64,000 nucleotides of DNA, taken from assembly GCF_009914755.1 (NCBI RefSeq), contig NC_060937.1; one strand, given 5' to 3'. Below the pieces are notes generated by a model. It did no database searches. It was given only the letters and a program-made list of their open reading frames with translations, and was not told the origin of the DNA. The position numbers were made by a program, and so were the translations under genes. Shown here piece after piece: positions 18,583 to 32,205 of this stretch. This DNA is from the human T2T-CHM13v2.0 reference genome, Homo sapiens. The number at the start of each line of letters is the position of its first letter. Within the stretch, counting starts at the first letter, position 1.

Positions 18583-18880
18583 TTTTTTTTCTTTTTTTTG
18601 ACAGAGTCTCACTCTGTCTCCCAGGCTGGAGTGCAGTGGCGTGATCTAGGCTCACTGCAACCTCTGCCTCCCGGGTTCAAGCGATTCTCATGCCTCAGCC
18701 TCCGAGCAGCTGGGTTTACAGGCTTGTGCCACCATGCCCAGCTATTTTTTGTATTTTTAATAGAGACAGAGGTTTCACTGTGTTGGTCATGCTGGTCTTG
18801 AACACCTGACTTCAAGTGATCCGCTTGCCTCAGCTTCCCAATGTGCTGAGATTACAGGCATGAGCCACCACACCCAAGTC
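18583..18880 (-). mobile_element. AluS (Sz/Sx-like)
   Basis: T-tract, then GACAGAGTCTCACTCTG..GAGCCACCACACCC. Confidence 0.93.
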
Positions 18881-18944
18881 TCTTTCATTTCTTAATACAA
18901 ATTATTGCATTGTTGTAAACTTGATATATGCTTATTATTTTTAG

Positions 18945-20335
18945 TTTTTCCACATTTATTGAGGTATAATTAACAAGGGAAATTGATTATATTTATGGTG
19001 TACAATGTGATATCTTGATATACCTAAACACTGTGAAATGATTACCACGATAGAGCTAATTAACATATCCATCACTTCAAATAGATAACTTATTTTTCTG
19101 TGTGTGGTGAGAATATTTAAGATTTACTCTCTAAGCAAATTTTGAGTATACAATTGCTATGGTCTGAATGAATCCCCCCAAATTTATGTGTTGAAACATA
19201 ATCGCCAATGTGCTAGTATTAAGAAGTGGGACATTTAGCAGGTGGTTAAGTCATGAGGATGGAGCCTCATGAATGGAATTAGTGATCTTATAAATGTTCA
19301 GGAAGGAACTAGCATCATCCCCTTTCACCCTTCTGTACCATCTTCCACAGGATTTTTCCCTCAGAGGGACATAGCAACAAGGCACCATCTTGGGGCAGGC
19401 AGCAGCCCTCATCAGATACTAACTGTACGGGCACCTTGATCTTGGACTTTCTTGCCTCCAGATAGTGGGAAATAAATTTCTGTTGTTTTTTAAATTACCC
19501 AGTCTGTAGTAATTTGTTACAGTAACACAAAGACAACAATACAGTGTTATTAACTGTAGTCATCGTGCTTCACATTACTCCAGAATTTATCCATCCTGCA
19601 TAACTGAACCTCTGTAGACTTAGACCAACATCCCCTCATTTTCTCTACCCCCATCCTTTGGCAACCATCACTTGAGTGTGACTCCACTTCTGAGTTTGAC
19701 TTTTTCAGACTCCAAATGCAAGTAAGATCATGCAGTGTTTGTGTTTTTATGCATGGCTTAGCATAACATCCTCAAGTTCACTCACGTTGTCACAAATGAC
19801 AGTATTTCCTTCTTTATAAAGGCTAAATAATATTCATGTGTGTGTGGGTGTGTGTGTGTCTGTGTGTATGTGTGTAAAGAGAGAGAAAGCAAGAGAGAGA
19901 AAGAACATTTTTTGAAATCCAGTAATCCTTTGATAGACACAGGTTGATTCTGAATCTTGACTATTGTAAATAATGCTGCAATAGATGTGAGAGTGCTGGC
20001 ATCTCTTTGACATACTGATTTGATTTCCTTTATATACCCCCAAGTCAGATTGTTGGATAAGGTAGTTCTATTTTTAATTTTTTGAGAACTCTCCGTGCTG
20101 CTTTTCATAATGGCTCTATCAATTTACCTCCCCACCAACAGTGTACAAGGATTCCCTTTCCTCCATATCCTTGCCTACATTTGTTATCGTTTGTCTTTTT
20201 GATAATAGCCATTCTAAAATGTGTGAGGTCATGTCTCATTGTGGTTTTGATTTACATTCCCTTGATGATTAGTGATGTTGAGCACCTTTTCATATACCTG
20301 CTGGTCATTTTTGTGTCTTCTTTTAAAAAATGTGT
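18945..20335 (-). mobile_element. L1MA8-10-like 3' portion, interrupted by an MST LTR
   Basis: 'tttattgaggtataatt..tgtgaaatgattaccac..ggtgagaatatttaagatttactctct'; continues after the LTR into ORF2 C-terminal sequence. Confidence 0.8.
19155..19535 (+). mobile_element. MSTD/MSTC-like MaLR solo LTR
   Basis: TGCTATGGTCTGAATG..AATAAATTTCTGTTG..AAGACA; perfect TSD ACAAT. Confidence 0.85.
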
Positions 20336-20719
20336 ATACATGTTTATCTTAAAGAAAATAAACAGTAAATTTGTTGTAAATTTAAACACAACTTTAGTGT
20401 TTAAAAGACATGTTTTAAAACATCATCCAAATTCTATCAGTCAGAAAAATTAATTTTTCTCATTAGGTGATGTAATTAACATGCTTTTTTCATTTATAGA
20501 GGGAAAGGTATTAATATGCACCACAAAACTATATCACATTACAGATATAATTTCAAAACACATTAATATATAAATAACAGAAGAAAAACTAAGGTGGAAT
20601 GAAAAGAATTACAAAATTTCAATCATGACAGAAAATATTAATTCTTTAAAATATTCCTCCAAGTTTCTAAAAAATTTGAAACAAACTGATTAGGATAAAG
20701 TAATTCTGTTTTCAAAATT

Positions 20720-21385
20720 ACATATTTTAAGAAGACATATAAATAACCAATGAGCATACGAAAAGATGCTCACTATTATTAATCATTAACCACAATTACA
20801 TACTATCTCATACTTACCAGAATAGCTAATAAAACAAAAAAAAATACTGACCATAATTAGTAAATGAAGAAATTAGAACTTTCATACATTGCTGGTGGAA
20901 ATATAAAATAGTGTAACTACTGAGAAAAAACTGTTTTGTGGTTCCTTGGTTCCTCAAACAAACATAGAATTACCATATCACCCAGAAATTTCACTTCTAG
21001 TTATACATATATGGAAAATAATTGAAAACAGATATTCAAGCAAATATTTGTACATAAATTCTAATAGCAGCATTATTCATAAGAGCCCCAATGTAGAAAC
21101 AACTCAAACATTCATCTACTAATTAATGGATAAATAAAATGTATATCTATATTATCTGGCAATAAAAATAAATGAATTACTAATTAGTGTTACAACATGG
21201 ATTGACCTTCAAACATCATACTAAGCAATAGAAGTCAGACAGAAAAACTACATATCTTATTATTACATTTATATGAAATATCAAGAATAAACAAATCTAT
21301 AAAGACAGAAAGTAGACAGTGGTTGCCGAGGGTTGGTGTGGGGGAATGAGGTCAGGCCATTAATGGGTATAGGCTTTGGGGGCTC
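20720..21385 (+). mobile_element. Old L1 (L1MB/ME) ORF2 end and 3'UTR
   Basis: 'agaagacatataaataaccaatgagcatacgaaaagatgctca..catacattgctggtgg..aagacagaaagtagacagtggttgcc'. Confidence 0.75.
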
Positions 21386-23149
21386 TCTCTCTCTCTCTCT
21401 AAAATATTGAGAATTCTTAATAAAATTTTGCTGAGATATAATGTGTGACTTCACATTCAAGTTTCAGAGATTTTTTTCTCCTCTTCATGAACATTTTTGT
21501 GTTAAATTGTTGAATAAGCCTACTTCCATTTGTTGATTTCTCTATTTCACTTATATCAGTTATCTATGTTGGATTATCTTTATCCATCATGCATATGTAT
21601 TAGCTTCTTTCCAATTACTTTTATAACTTCCTATTTTTAAGCTGTACTCACAGTGATAATCTAGAGGCACTCTTCCATGTATGTATTATGGTTTTCAGTG
21701 TTTTCCATTCCTTGCTGCTTCTTATATTACTATATTTACTAATTGTGCAATAATCTTAGTTGGGTCTGCTCTTTTTTACTTTTATTGAAGCTGTCTTTTT
21801 TATTTTCTTAATAAGCTCACACACAAAACCTATATTCTTTTGTGTTCTATAGGGTGAAATAATTTTGAGAAAATTTCTTCTGTTACTTTAAATAAATTCT
21901 TCAAATTTAGTACTTTGCCTTTTGATATTATGGTATATATCTCATGTGTTTGCTGTGTTGAATTTGCGTAACTACTTACTTTTTCTAGTTTTCTTGTCCA
22001 TAATGAAAGATTCTGTTGAGAATTTATTCTCATGTGATATAGGAATATTTGAGATTATTTATGCCATATCTGAGAAGGGTTTCTTTATCCTCAGAGCAGT
22101 ATTTGTGCCCACCCACTTTTCTATTGTCTGATGGATTGGTGCGGGTAGCAGAAGACGGAGAGTTCAGCTGAGATCTTGAGTATTCCCAGTAGAGTACTTA
22201 TTCTGTGTTCTCATAGACATACTCCACTACTCTTCAGTGAACCATATTGGGGATTTATTCTATCTGCATGTGAGGACTGATCCAGTCCTTCTGTTATTTC
22301 CCTAATTCGGTATAAAACCTTGCTATTTTTACTTCTGTCTGAAAGCAAGCTACATGGTTATCTTTCTCATTACATCTATTTCTCCCTGGTAGATGTGTTT
22401 ACCTCTTTTTTTTAGTCTGATAACCACCTAGTTTACTTTTCTATAGAATCTAGGTTATTAGCTATTATTTTTACCAACTTATCAGTATCCCTTAGAGGAA
22501 TGGCTTGTCAGCCCATCAGGAAGCTAGCTGTGCTGACCTTTTCTTCAGAATATATTTTTTTGAAGTTATGTCAAGTTTTTGTGTTTTTATTAGATAATCT
22601 CTTTTTCATTTAGTTGGTTTCTGTAAGCAACTTTTTGTAGTTGGAAATTATTACTTAAGTTGCAATTTTGAGGAAAATTTTTCTGTAAACAATAGCAGAA
22701 ATAGTTCTCTTCAAATGAATAAATATGAAACATCTATTTTAACAAGAATTATGATATATAATATGTAGTACAACAAAAACACAAGCACAAACAAAAACAC
22801 ACTTAGCCTCTTGAAGCTAACCATGTATCAGGAAATGAGTAAAATAAGGACCCATAGCTGTCAAATAAAATGATGACAAGAAACAGACTGCTGTAGGCAT
22901 TTAGTTCAGTAATATGAGGAAATCACCAAAAGCCTTAGGGAGGAGAAGGCAGTCAAAATAGCTCTATACAATTATGTAGCATTTCCATAGGGTGGTTTAA
23001 AAGAAGGTTGCATTCTCAACAGGGAAAAAAAATGACATGAATAAATTCAGGGAAGTTGGAAAATAGAACAGCACATATAAAAATCTAAGTTTTTGGAACA
23101 TGGTGAAAAAAATTGGAGATACAAATGAAAAGCTATGATCAGCAATTTA

Positions 23150-24535
23150 CTTCTGTTCCACAAGTATCTACTAAGCACCTCATAGTTGGTCAACGTTGTT
23201 CTAGGTACTTCTTGAAGGAGAAGTCATGTTCTTTCTTCTAAGATATATAGAACTCATTGATTGAAACATAAACTGTTTTCCAAAAAATGAAGTAAATAAA
23301 CTGATACGGTAATGCCACAAGTTCTATAAGATCTTAAAGGATGGGCCCTTAGCTTCAATAGAGGTGGGATGACAGGATTCAAAGAACACTTTCTAGAGGG
23401 TATAGTGCCTGAACTGAGTTTTAAAAGGTGAATAGGAAGTTTATCCAGCAAAATACAGGAAAGATAAGAGTCAGGGATAATGCCAGATAGAGGAAACTGC
23501 ATGGACAATGAGGCATGAAATAGATGTGAGGAACTAACTACTAGATTAATCAAACCATATGATAACGGGTCCATGTGATATATATAACCATATGATAACA
23601 GGACAGGAAATGGGAATAAATAACACTCCAGAGGTTGGCATGAATGATTGGTAGAGAACATTCTATGTCATGTTAAGAAACATAGACATGACCCTATAGA
23701 AAAATAAGTTATGAAAGGGTACTAAGCAAATGAAATTTCAGCCAGTTCAGTCTAGAGGCTACATGAAAGATGGTTTTGAGGAAGTGCAAAGTTGGAGGTT
23801 AGAAACCAGTTAAGAAACCAGCGCAGAGCTCATAAGTGCCTAAGCAAGGTCAGTGAAGAAGAGGAGTGAGATTTTAAAACTTTCATAGCAGGTGAAAAAA
23901 AAGTTCAAGGAGAAATTATTATGGAACTCAAACTATACATTTAGATGAGTAAAACAAAATTCCTGAGTTCTAGAAACTCACAGCTTGAGTTTGGAGGAAT
24001 ACTAAAAAAGCAATCACAATACAAGTGTGGAGGGAATGTAGAACGCTTGATTATGTATTTTAAAGTCATGTATGATTAATTTAGAAAACCACTAGAAGGA
24101 ACCTGGATTTTTACAAGCCATGTGGCCTCACTGAAAGTGTGTGAGCAGAGAACCAACACGGGTGGATTTGTTTTAGAAATGCAATTCTAGGGCCCCAAAA
24201 GAGGAAGGACAGAAGGGGAAGAGAACTGAAGGACCAGTTAAGAGAACCTTAGTTTAAGTAAAAGATAATATTGTCTTGGACTACAATGGCAGAGGGAAAG
24301 AAGGTAGAGAGAAAGTAAGATATTTAGAAAATAAAATAGACTGAACTTGGTGACTAATTTAAAGTGGGATGTGAGCAGAAAGGAATTAAGAATATCTACA
24401 AGATCTTTATTTGTGAAAGTGGGTGTATGATGATTCTATTGACTAAGACAAAAAATATAGGACAAATGTCAGCTGTGAGGGGAAAGAGCAAAAATTGCTT
24501 GGGACATTTTGAGCTTGAAACCTCTTTCAGAAATA
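23150..24535 (-). mobile_element. L2 fragments
   Basis: 'ctactaagcacct', 'gaactgagttttaaaaggtgaatagga', 'aacttggtgactaatttaaagtggga..ggacattttgagcttgaa'. Confidence 0.55.
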
Positions 24536-26955
24536 GAAAAATGATTCACATATTCAACTTGAAATTCCTAATTTACAATTCCTTAAATAAATAAATCATA
24601 AATTATTTTTTCACTCCTTGTTTCACAAAAATTTTGCCCTGACTAGAATTTCTCCTAAGTCTCTTTTATCATTGTCACATTTAATATGGTCTTCCAATTC
24701 TCTGTGTATGTTCTGCTTTAACCAGTTTTCAGTTTTCATTTAAATAAAAGTGAATTGAAATATATATGACATAAAAGAATAAAATGTAAAAGCAATTTGA
24801 TCTTAATATATGGTCACTATATCAAAGTTTTTTAGAAGATACAATAATGACCACTTTTTAATTTTATTGGACATTGTTAAGGAAATATAAAAATGGCAAG
24901 TGTTGTTGAAAGCATTTAGCTAGTTACAGTAACAACTACTACTTCTGATGAAATAATATCATCTCATAGTCAACAAAGAAAGTCAGTATACAATGATACC
25001 TGGAGGAAGAGATAGAAATTGTAAATTTAAGAAATGCAGACATTTTTATCTACCACAGATAAAGATAAATGGTGACTGATTAATCAAAGTGTTACAGAAA
25101 GTAATACCCTACTTGAATAATTATATTTAATATTATGATAAAACTTTCAACAGTCCATACAAGTCAACATATATTCCTGAGAAACTATTTTTTTCATGCC
25201 ACCATTAATCATTTTTTCAAATTTTCACTTTTAGAATATTAACTTAACAGTATAAAAGCATAATGGGCCTTGAGAAAACTAAGAACTCAGAGTGAACATT
25301 TAAACTAGTAAAAATATACTGATGGGCAAAGGATTATGAGGCATATTTGCAAAGTATGACCCCAGATGTCGCAAAATATGACCTCAAAGTGGTTGCTGGT
25401 TTTATACAGATTTTTGTTATATTTAAAATTATGTAAAGTTATTCAGGCAACAACAAAAACATAAAATGCTAATCTGAGAGTAACACCAGTTTTAGTAAAG
25501 AGATTTAGTCTAATAATAAGCGAGCCATTTTGTGTGTGGATAAAGTTATCGAAGAGGCAGTCTACTCACTAAGCTTAACATTTCTTCATTAGGAAGAAAA
25601 CTGAAAGAGTTGGGCCATACTTATGAGCCCTGTTGGGACATTCCATTTCTTTTCCTTCTTTTTCTATCCCTATTTGGAAGAAAAGCTCAAGGGATGAATC
25701 TAACAAAACATACACCAAATAAGGTCATCCTCCCAGGGCCTTGTTAGGAAAAGCAGCAGCATTCACATGTAAAGTTGGATGCCAAAGTTTTAAGGTTATA
25801 GCTGAATAAATCAACGAGGCTCATGCTGTTCAAGGGCCTTACAGTAAAGATGAAAAATTTGTAGGAGAAAATTCTAATTATCTAGAGGACTTGGGCAACA
25901 AAGTGAAACAAATATAAGATGTAGGGAATTTTAAAATAGAAAAAAAAGGAGTTTTATTGTACAAGTCATAAAAATATAAACCTAATATTAAGATGAGATG
26001 AGGTGTAGGGAAAGGAAAGAATAAACAGCTATATTTTACTTTCAGAAATACATCCTTTCTTATTAACTAGATTCTCCCCCTTGGCGCCCCCTGCCTCCAA
26101 CTTGTACTATTACAAAGAAGGTATAATCTCATGGAAAACCAATGTAAGGGATTAAATGAACATCTTTTAATGAGTAAAAGAGAAACATGATGCCAAGCCT
26201 GTTGCATGGTCTATGTTTTGACAACGGGTTTTACAGATCTTTCAAACCTTGTGTAATTATCATTTGTTACAGAGTTAAGCTAAAGTACTATCTAAGCCAG
26301 TGGGTATATACATGGATGTTTGATATAACTCAAGATGAAGAATTCATGAAGTTTAAGACACCAGGCACTATAAAGTAAATTTTTAGTACTAATTTTGGAA
26401 ACATTCAATAATATTAACATTATTAATATTAGTATACATTATATTTTCACAATGGATATTGAATAATTAACTGGCCAAATTTATTCTTTATTCAACAACA
26501 AAAATAGTAATTAAACATTAAGCTAGCAATGACATCACCTTAGACTATTTTGCAATTTACCATTGCTTTTATGCAATTTATTGCTGTATTAATTAAATTT
26601 AGTAAGTTTGTTAAATAAAATATATCTTTGTGCCAAATGAAAGTTTTGGGGTCAAGTGATTAAAAGCTTTACTATATTTGTTTAGGTAGCCACATATGGA
26701 ACACATAGTGAAGACTGGGATCCTCATACAGGAATATATATCTACTAGCTGTCTAGAGATTCTCTTCTGCAAGGGATTGATTTGTATTTGCACTTACTTG
26801 CAGAAGAATGAAAATATACCCAGTTATCTAGATCCGTACCTTTCTCCAAGCAGTTCTTTTCAGGTATTTAGATGCTTAGTAGGCATCCCTTATTTCCCAG
26901 AAATACAAACATTTAACCACTAAGTTGGAAAGAAGAAAAATGAGAGTTCTAGGAT

Positions 26956-27279
26956 TCCCAGTGGCAGCAACATCATACACCTAATCTAAGACTGTGTTCA
27001 GGGTAGGGTTGCTCAGTTAAATTTGAATTTCACATAAACAACAAGCACTACTTTTTTGTACATATCTATGTCTCTCTCTCTATATATATATATACATATA
27101 TACATAAGGACATATATATGTATATATAGACACATACACATATATATATATATAGAGAGAGAGACATAGATATGTACAAAAAAGTAGTGCTTGTTGTTAA
27201 TATGAAATTCAAATTTAACTGAGCAACCCTACCCTGAACCCAGTCTTAGATGAGTTGTGTGATGTTGCTGCCACTGGGA
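26956..27279. repeat. Long inverted repeat: 139-bp arms (26956-27094 and 27141-27279) with a 46-bp TA/CA-rich spacer; contains an internally deleted MER53 half plus flanking DNA
   Basis: Manual alignment gives 133/139 identity between arms. TAGGGTTGC..CAGTTAAATTTGAATTTCA is the MER53 terminal sequence. Confidence 0.95.
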
Positions 27280-27844
27280 CATATATATATACACACACAC
27301 ATATATATATGTGTGTGTATATATATATATGAAATACTTTTTGTAATGTTTTAATTCACAGAGAGGGAGAACCATTAGCTCTTAAAATATCAGGAAGAGA
27401 CAGAAATCATACTGCATGTATTTATCTTAGTGGTTTTAGTGTTATATTAAGTGTTATATTAAAATTGAAACCTTACAGTAAAGCTCTCATGAATCACTTC
27501 ATTGTTCAAGCAGAAGGTAGAAGAAATAAATGGTAGAAAGTAGAAGAAGGAAATGGCAAAAAGGGTAAAACTTCTTCAAACAGAGGATTTTTTCCCCTAA
27601 TTTGAATCACTAAACAGTAATTGGCATTAAATGTTATAAAAATTGGCATTAAATATTATACAATTTGAATATTTAATTTGAGACTGAGTCTAAATTTACT
27701 TATACTCCTTGGATGTCAAGATAAGTCAAAATAATTATAAATAAAACATAATTCGGTAATATTATACACATACTTATTGTAAGTATTTGAGATTATAAAG
27801 CACTAGGAATGCCATACAAATTAAATTAGGTATTTTAGTTTTTA

Positions 27845-28700
27845 AAAACAGACTTCATTGTTTTAGAGCAGTCTTAGATTCACAGAAAAAATTGAGAAGC
27901 AACTACAGAGAGCTCCTATATACTCCACCCCCCTCCCACATACACAGCCTCCCTCATTATCAACTTACTGCATCAGAACAGCACACTTGTGACAACTGAT
28001 TAATCTACATTGACACATGATTATCATCCGAAGTCCATAGTTTGCTTTGGGGTTCATTCTTGGTGTTGCACATTTTATTGGTTTTATAAATGTATTCACC
28101 ATTATAGTATCATACAGAATACTTTCACTGCCCTAAAAATCCTAGGTTCCACATATTCATCCTCTGTCTCCTCAACCACTGGCAACCACTGATCTTTTTA
28201 CTATCTCTATATTTTTCCTTTTCCAGAATGTCACATACACTGTAGTTGGAATAATATGGTATCTAGCCTTTTCAGGTTGGCTATATACTTTTTCATTTGT
28301 TATTAGACACTTTACGTTCCTCCATGACTTTTCATGACTTGATAGTCCATTTCTTTTTAGCTCTGAATAAGATGCCATTGTCTAAATGTACCATTGCTTA
28401 TACATTCACCTACTTATCAATTCCTTTTATTCATGGATCATGCCTTTGATGTTGTATCTGAAGAGTCATCACGAACTCAAGGACATGTAGATTTTCCCCC
28501 TTGTTATCTTATAAGTCTTTCATAATTTGCACTTTACTTTTAGGTCTATGATTCACTTTGAGTTAATTTTTGTGCAAAATGTAAAGTCTGTGTGTAATTT
28601 CATTTTTTTTGGCATGTGGGTGTCCAGTTGTTGTAGTATCATTTATTGAGAAGACTACATTTGCTCCACTATGTTGCCTTTGCTCCTTTGTCATGTATAT
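27845..28700 (-). mobile_element. L1MC/MD-like 3' end fragment
   Basis: 'ttttagagcagtcttagattcacagaaaaaattgag..acattgacacatgattatcatccgaagtccatagttt..ggcaaccactgatctttttac'. Confidence 0.8.
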
Positions 28701-30852
28701 TTTTCTTCTATATATTTCTATGTGGAAAATTTTGTATCTCAGAGGCTATATAGACCTTTTAATTATCTGCATTGAATATTTGTTTGCTGTTGAAAATTCC
28801 CCTCCTTGGTGAGGTCTCAGACATTAACTCAGAAACCTTCCATCCCTTGTGGTCAAAAGGAGGAAGCCCAAGAGCTCCAGGGTTGAGAGACACTTGTAAA
28901 CAAAATCTGACTTTGTCTTCACTTACCTTCCTGTCTATGCTTTCCCTTTGCTTTAGGATGTACAGACTCTTTCTTTTCATGACATCTCAACTGCAAGATT
29001 AAACATCTAATCCATTTGGATTATTTCATTTACAGATGCTATTAGGGACATTTAATAGTCATCTTTCTGGAAATGGAAATCTCTCAGAGTTTATCTTTCT
29101 GGTATCACAATATAGAATTATCTAATTTTTATTTTGTTTCTTATTGGTCTTTGCACCCACCTCATGTCGTCAGGTTAGCAACTTTGTCTATTTTATGCTC
29201 ACAATATTTCCAGAAAGTAGACAAGTATTTGGTACTTAGTAAGTATAGAATATACTTTATTGAATGATTGAATATATAATTCAATTAACTTGTTTTTCAC
29301 TTTATAAATGTTTCTCCTACTGATAAAAAATTCATTAGAGTGATTTTTATTGCTACATAAAATGTATACTGGAATAGTGTCATCCTTTGTCATATTGAAA
29401 AACAATTACATTGTTCTTCATTTTTTACTGTTCTAAATGTTGCTGAGATTAAAATTATGGTTTATAATGAGTTATTTATATTTTGTTAGGTCTTCAGATA
29501 TTTTCTCATAGGTACAATTATCAGGTCAAAATACTTGAAATCATTTTAAAGCTCTTTATATGTATTGTAAAATTGCATTCCAGAACTAATTACAACTCCC
29601 ACAAACTGTGTGTGTGTGACAGATATAATAGTATCTGTTTCATCATTTCTCACAAGCATTTTAAACTTTGCTGTATAAATCTCACATTATATGTGTTAAT
29701 AGACTTTTCCTTTACTGGGGAGCAGGGGGTCTAGAGATGCAGATGAGAAAAATATACCCCAGAATTTGAAATAGAGGAAGCATGCATAATCTTATTATAT
29801 TCCACACATGTAACAAGCAGTTATTTTACAGCATTAGCTATTTTAGGCATTGTCAAAGACATGTTTTATTACAAGAAGAAATACAGAATAAAAGACACTG
29901 ATGATAATATACCAATTAATAATGCTTAATATTTGTTGAAAAATTTTCATGTTCTAAGTGCATTTTATTTATTTTCAAATTGAAAACTCCACTTTTAAAA
30001 AATATTGGGATCAGAGCCACTTCTTTCCTACTTCTGACATTTTCTGACTTGTGGAGGGACATCTATTTCTGTCATTCTGCTTTCTCTTGCCTCTTACTCT
30101 CTTGTCACCAGGGAGGATAGAGTGACTTTCTTGTTTGGTAAAGTTGGGAATGCTTGGATTGAATGGTTCTGCTTTCTCAGGAATGAGGTCCTAGCATGCA
30201 GTACATGATCTACTGTGCTCATTGCCACATGCTTTATAAGATCAGGCATGCTTGGTGAATGACTCTGTCTACTGCAGGAGGTTCATGTAAGGAGCTTCAC
30301 TCATTTGCTCATAGATATAAGTCACAATAATGAATATATTATCAATAATAAGGGAGATATTTTTGTCCTCATATTATAACTTTTTTTCTCTGCTGATTGA
30401 GGGTTTAGGTAGAAAATGTGTGTTACTATTGGACTTTCCTCATGACACCAATTTTAGATTTGTTTTATAATTTTTAAAAATCTAGCTTGTTGGGTTTGGT
30501 ACTTGAGAGACTAGGTATTTGGTGAAGTCAAAGTTTGTAGCTAGGTTCTTCCTAATTGCAAAGCTTATGCTTATAGTCAGTTCACCATATACATTGTAAA
30601 AAAATATGATTTAATGAGCAAGTTAGACTTGCAGATGAGATAAGTAAATGGAATGAATGATGACTGTCTTAGTAGCACAGAGTCATAAATGTTTTCATAC
30701 TTTTTAGAATAAAAATCTTGTTCAGTCTGGAATCATTGGAGTTAAAATACATGCATATTTTAAATAATTACAATTTTTATATTCATTAAGTACCTATCAC
30801 CAAGTAAAGGAGGGGGCCAGAGTATATAGGAGCTCTCTGTAGTTGCTTCTCA

Positions 30853-30878
30853 TATATATATGTATGTATGTATGTATG

Positions 30879-30916
<38 letters not shown>

Positions 30917-31015
30917 TATATGTATGAGACATGTGTATATATATAATCTCATATATATATACACATATGTATGAGATATGTACATATATAATCTCATACA
31001 TATATCTCATATATA

Positions 31016-31086
<71 letters not shown>

Positions 31087-31088
31087 AG
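30853..31088. repeat. Compound (TA)/(CA)/(TG)/(GA) microsatellite replacing the Alu tail
   Basis: Direct reading; ORFs at 30786-31347 are artefacts of it. Confidence 0.9.
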
Positions 31089-31364
31089 AGACAGAGTCTC
31101 ACTCTGTCACCCAGGCTGGAGTGCTGTGGCGAGCTCAGCTCACTGCAGCCACCTCCTGGGCTCAAGCAATTCTCATGCTTCAGCCACCCAAGTAGCTGGG
31201 ATTACAGGCATGCACCACCACGTCCTGCTAATTTTTGTATTTTTAGTAGAGACAGGGTTTTACCATGTTGCCCACACTGGTCTCAAACTCCTGCCTCAAG
31301 TGATCTGCCCGCATCGGCCTCCCAAAGTGCTGGGATTACAGACATGAGCCACCATGCTTGGCCT
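31088..31364 (-). mobile_element. AluJ-like element
   Basis: GACAGAGTCTCACTCTG..'cactgcagcc..ctcctgggctcaagcaat' (J-type diagnostics)..TTGGCC. Confidence 0.88.
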
Positions 31365-32069
31365 CTATTATATATATATTTTTTAATGCAGATTTTTAAT
31401 TGTTAACCTCTAAAGAAGCTTCTATTATACAGGACAGACTGATTATGTCTACAGCAATGAGACAACACTGGATAAATTCTTAAATACCTAAGAATTTGTT
31501 GGTTTGGTTTGATCAGAGAGCCAGTTCTCTCAGAGTGAAAAAAAAAATGCCTTGGGAAAATTACATTATTCAGGACATTGGGAAATGACTTCATCTTAAT
31601 GCTTAATGTGAATGTGCTTATTTTTCATGGAAATATTTACTCCAAATAGCTCTATAATAGCTACTTACCTATTTAATTTTGCATATAGATATAGAAGAGA
31701 GGATTTTCCTGTTTTTTTCAACTCAAAAATAAATGTAAGTCTGTGACAGTCCTAGACTTAATCTGAACACAATTTTATTTCTACTTTTAAAAATGTCTCC
31801 CTTTGTTTAGGCACACTTCTTTGATCATTCACAGGAGGCCTTCTTTGGAAGATACATTGTGCAAGGTCCAATATGTTTGTTTTTAAAGCCTTGGCCAATA
31901 CAATATTGACATTAGAACATGTAGTTTGAAATTTCACACATTTCAAATTTTCTTTTTAGTTACTATCTTTCCTATTCTTAATTCCTTAATGTTTTCTCAA
32001 TTACTTAATTAAAATTTAGATCATAAATCAGCATGCAAAATTTCCAAACCAATGTTTTGTTTTACTTAA

Positions 32070-32205
32070 TTTATTTTTAACAGCTTTATTGAATTATAAT
32101 TGATACACACAAGCACATGTTAGTGTACACAATTTGTGTTAGTGTACACAATTTGATGAGTTTGGACTTATGCACATACTCATAATACTATCACCGTGAT
32201 CCAGG
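32070..32205 (-). mobile_element. L1M 3'-terminal fragment with a 19-bp tandem duplication
   Basis: 'aacagctttattgaattataattgatac'; TGTTAGTGTACACAATTTG occurs twice in tandem. Confidence 0.6.

Noticed and set aside
27893-30852. A 2.9-kb inversion bounded by the 44-bp inverted repeats
   Set aside because: The L1MC donor reads continuously through 27893-27936 on both sides, so no inversion breakpoint is visible.
30786-31347. Tyr/Ile-rich ORFs
   Set aside because: Translations of microsatellite and Alu sequence.
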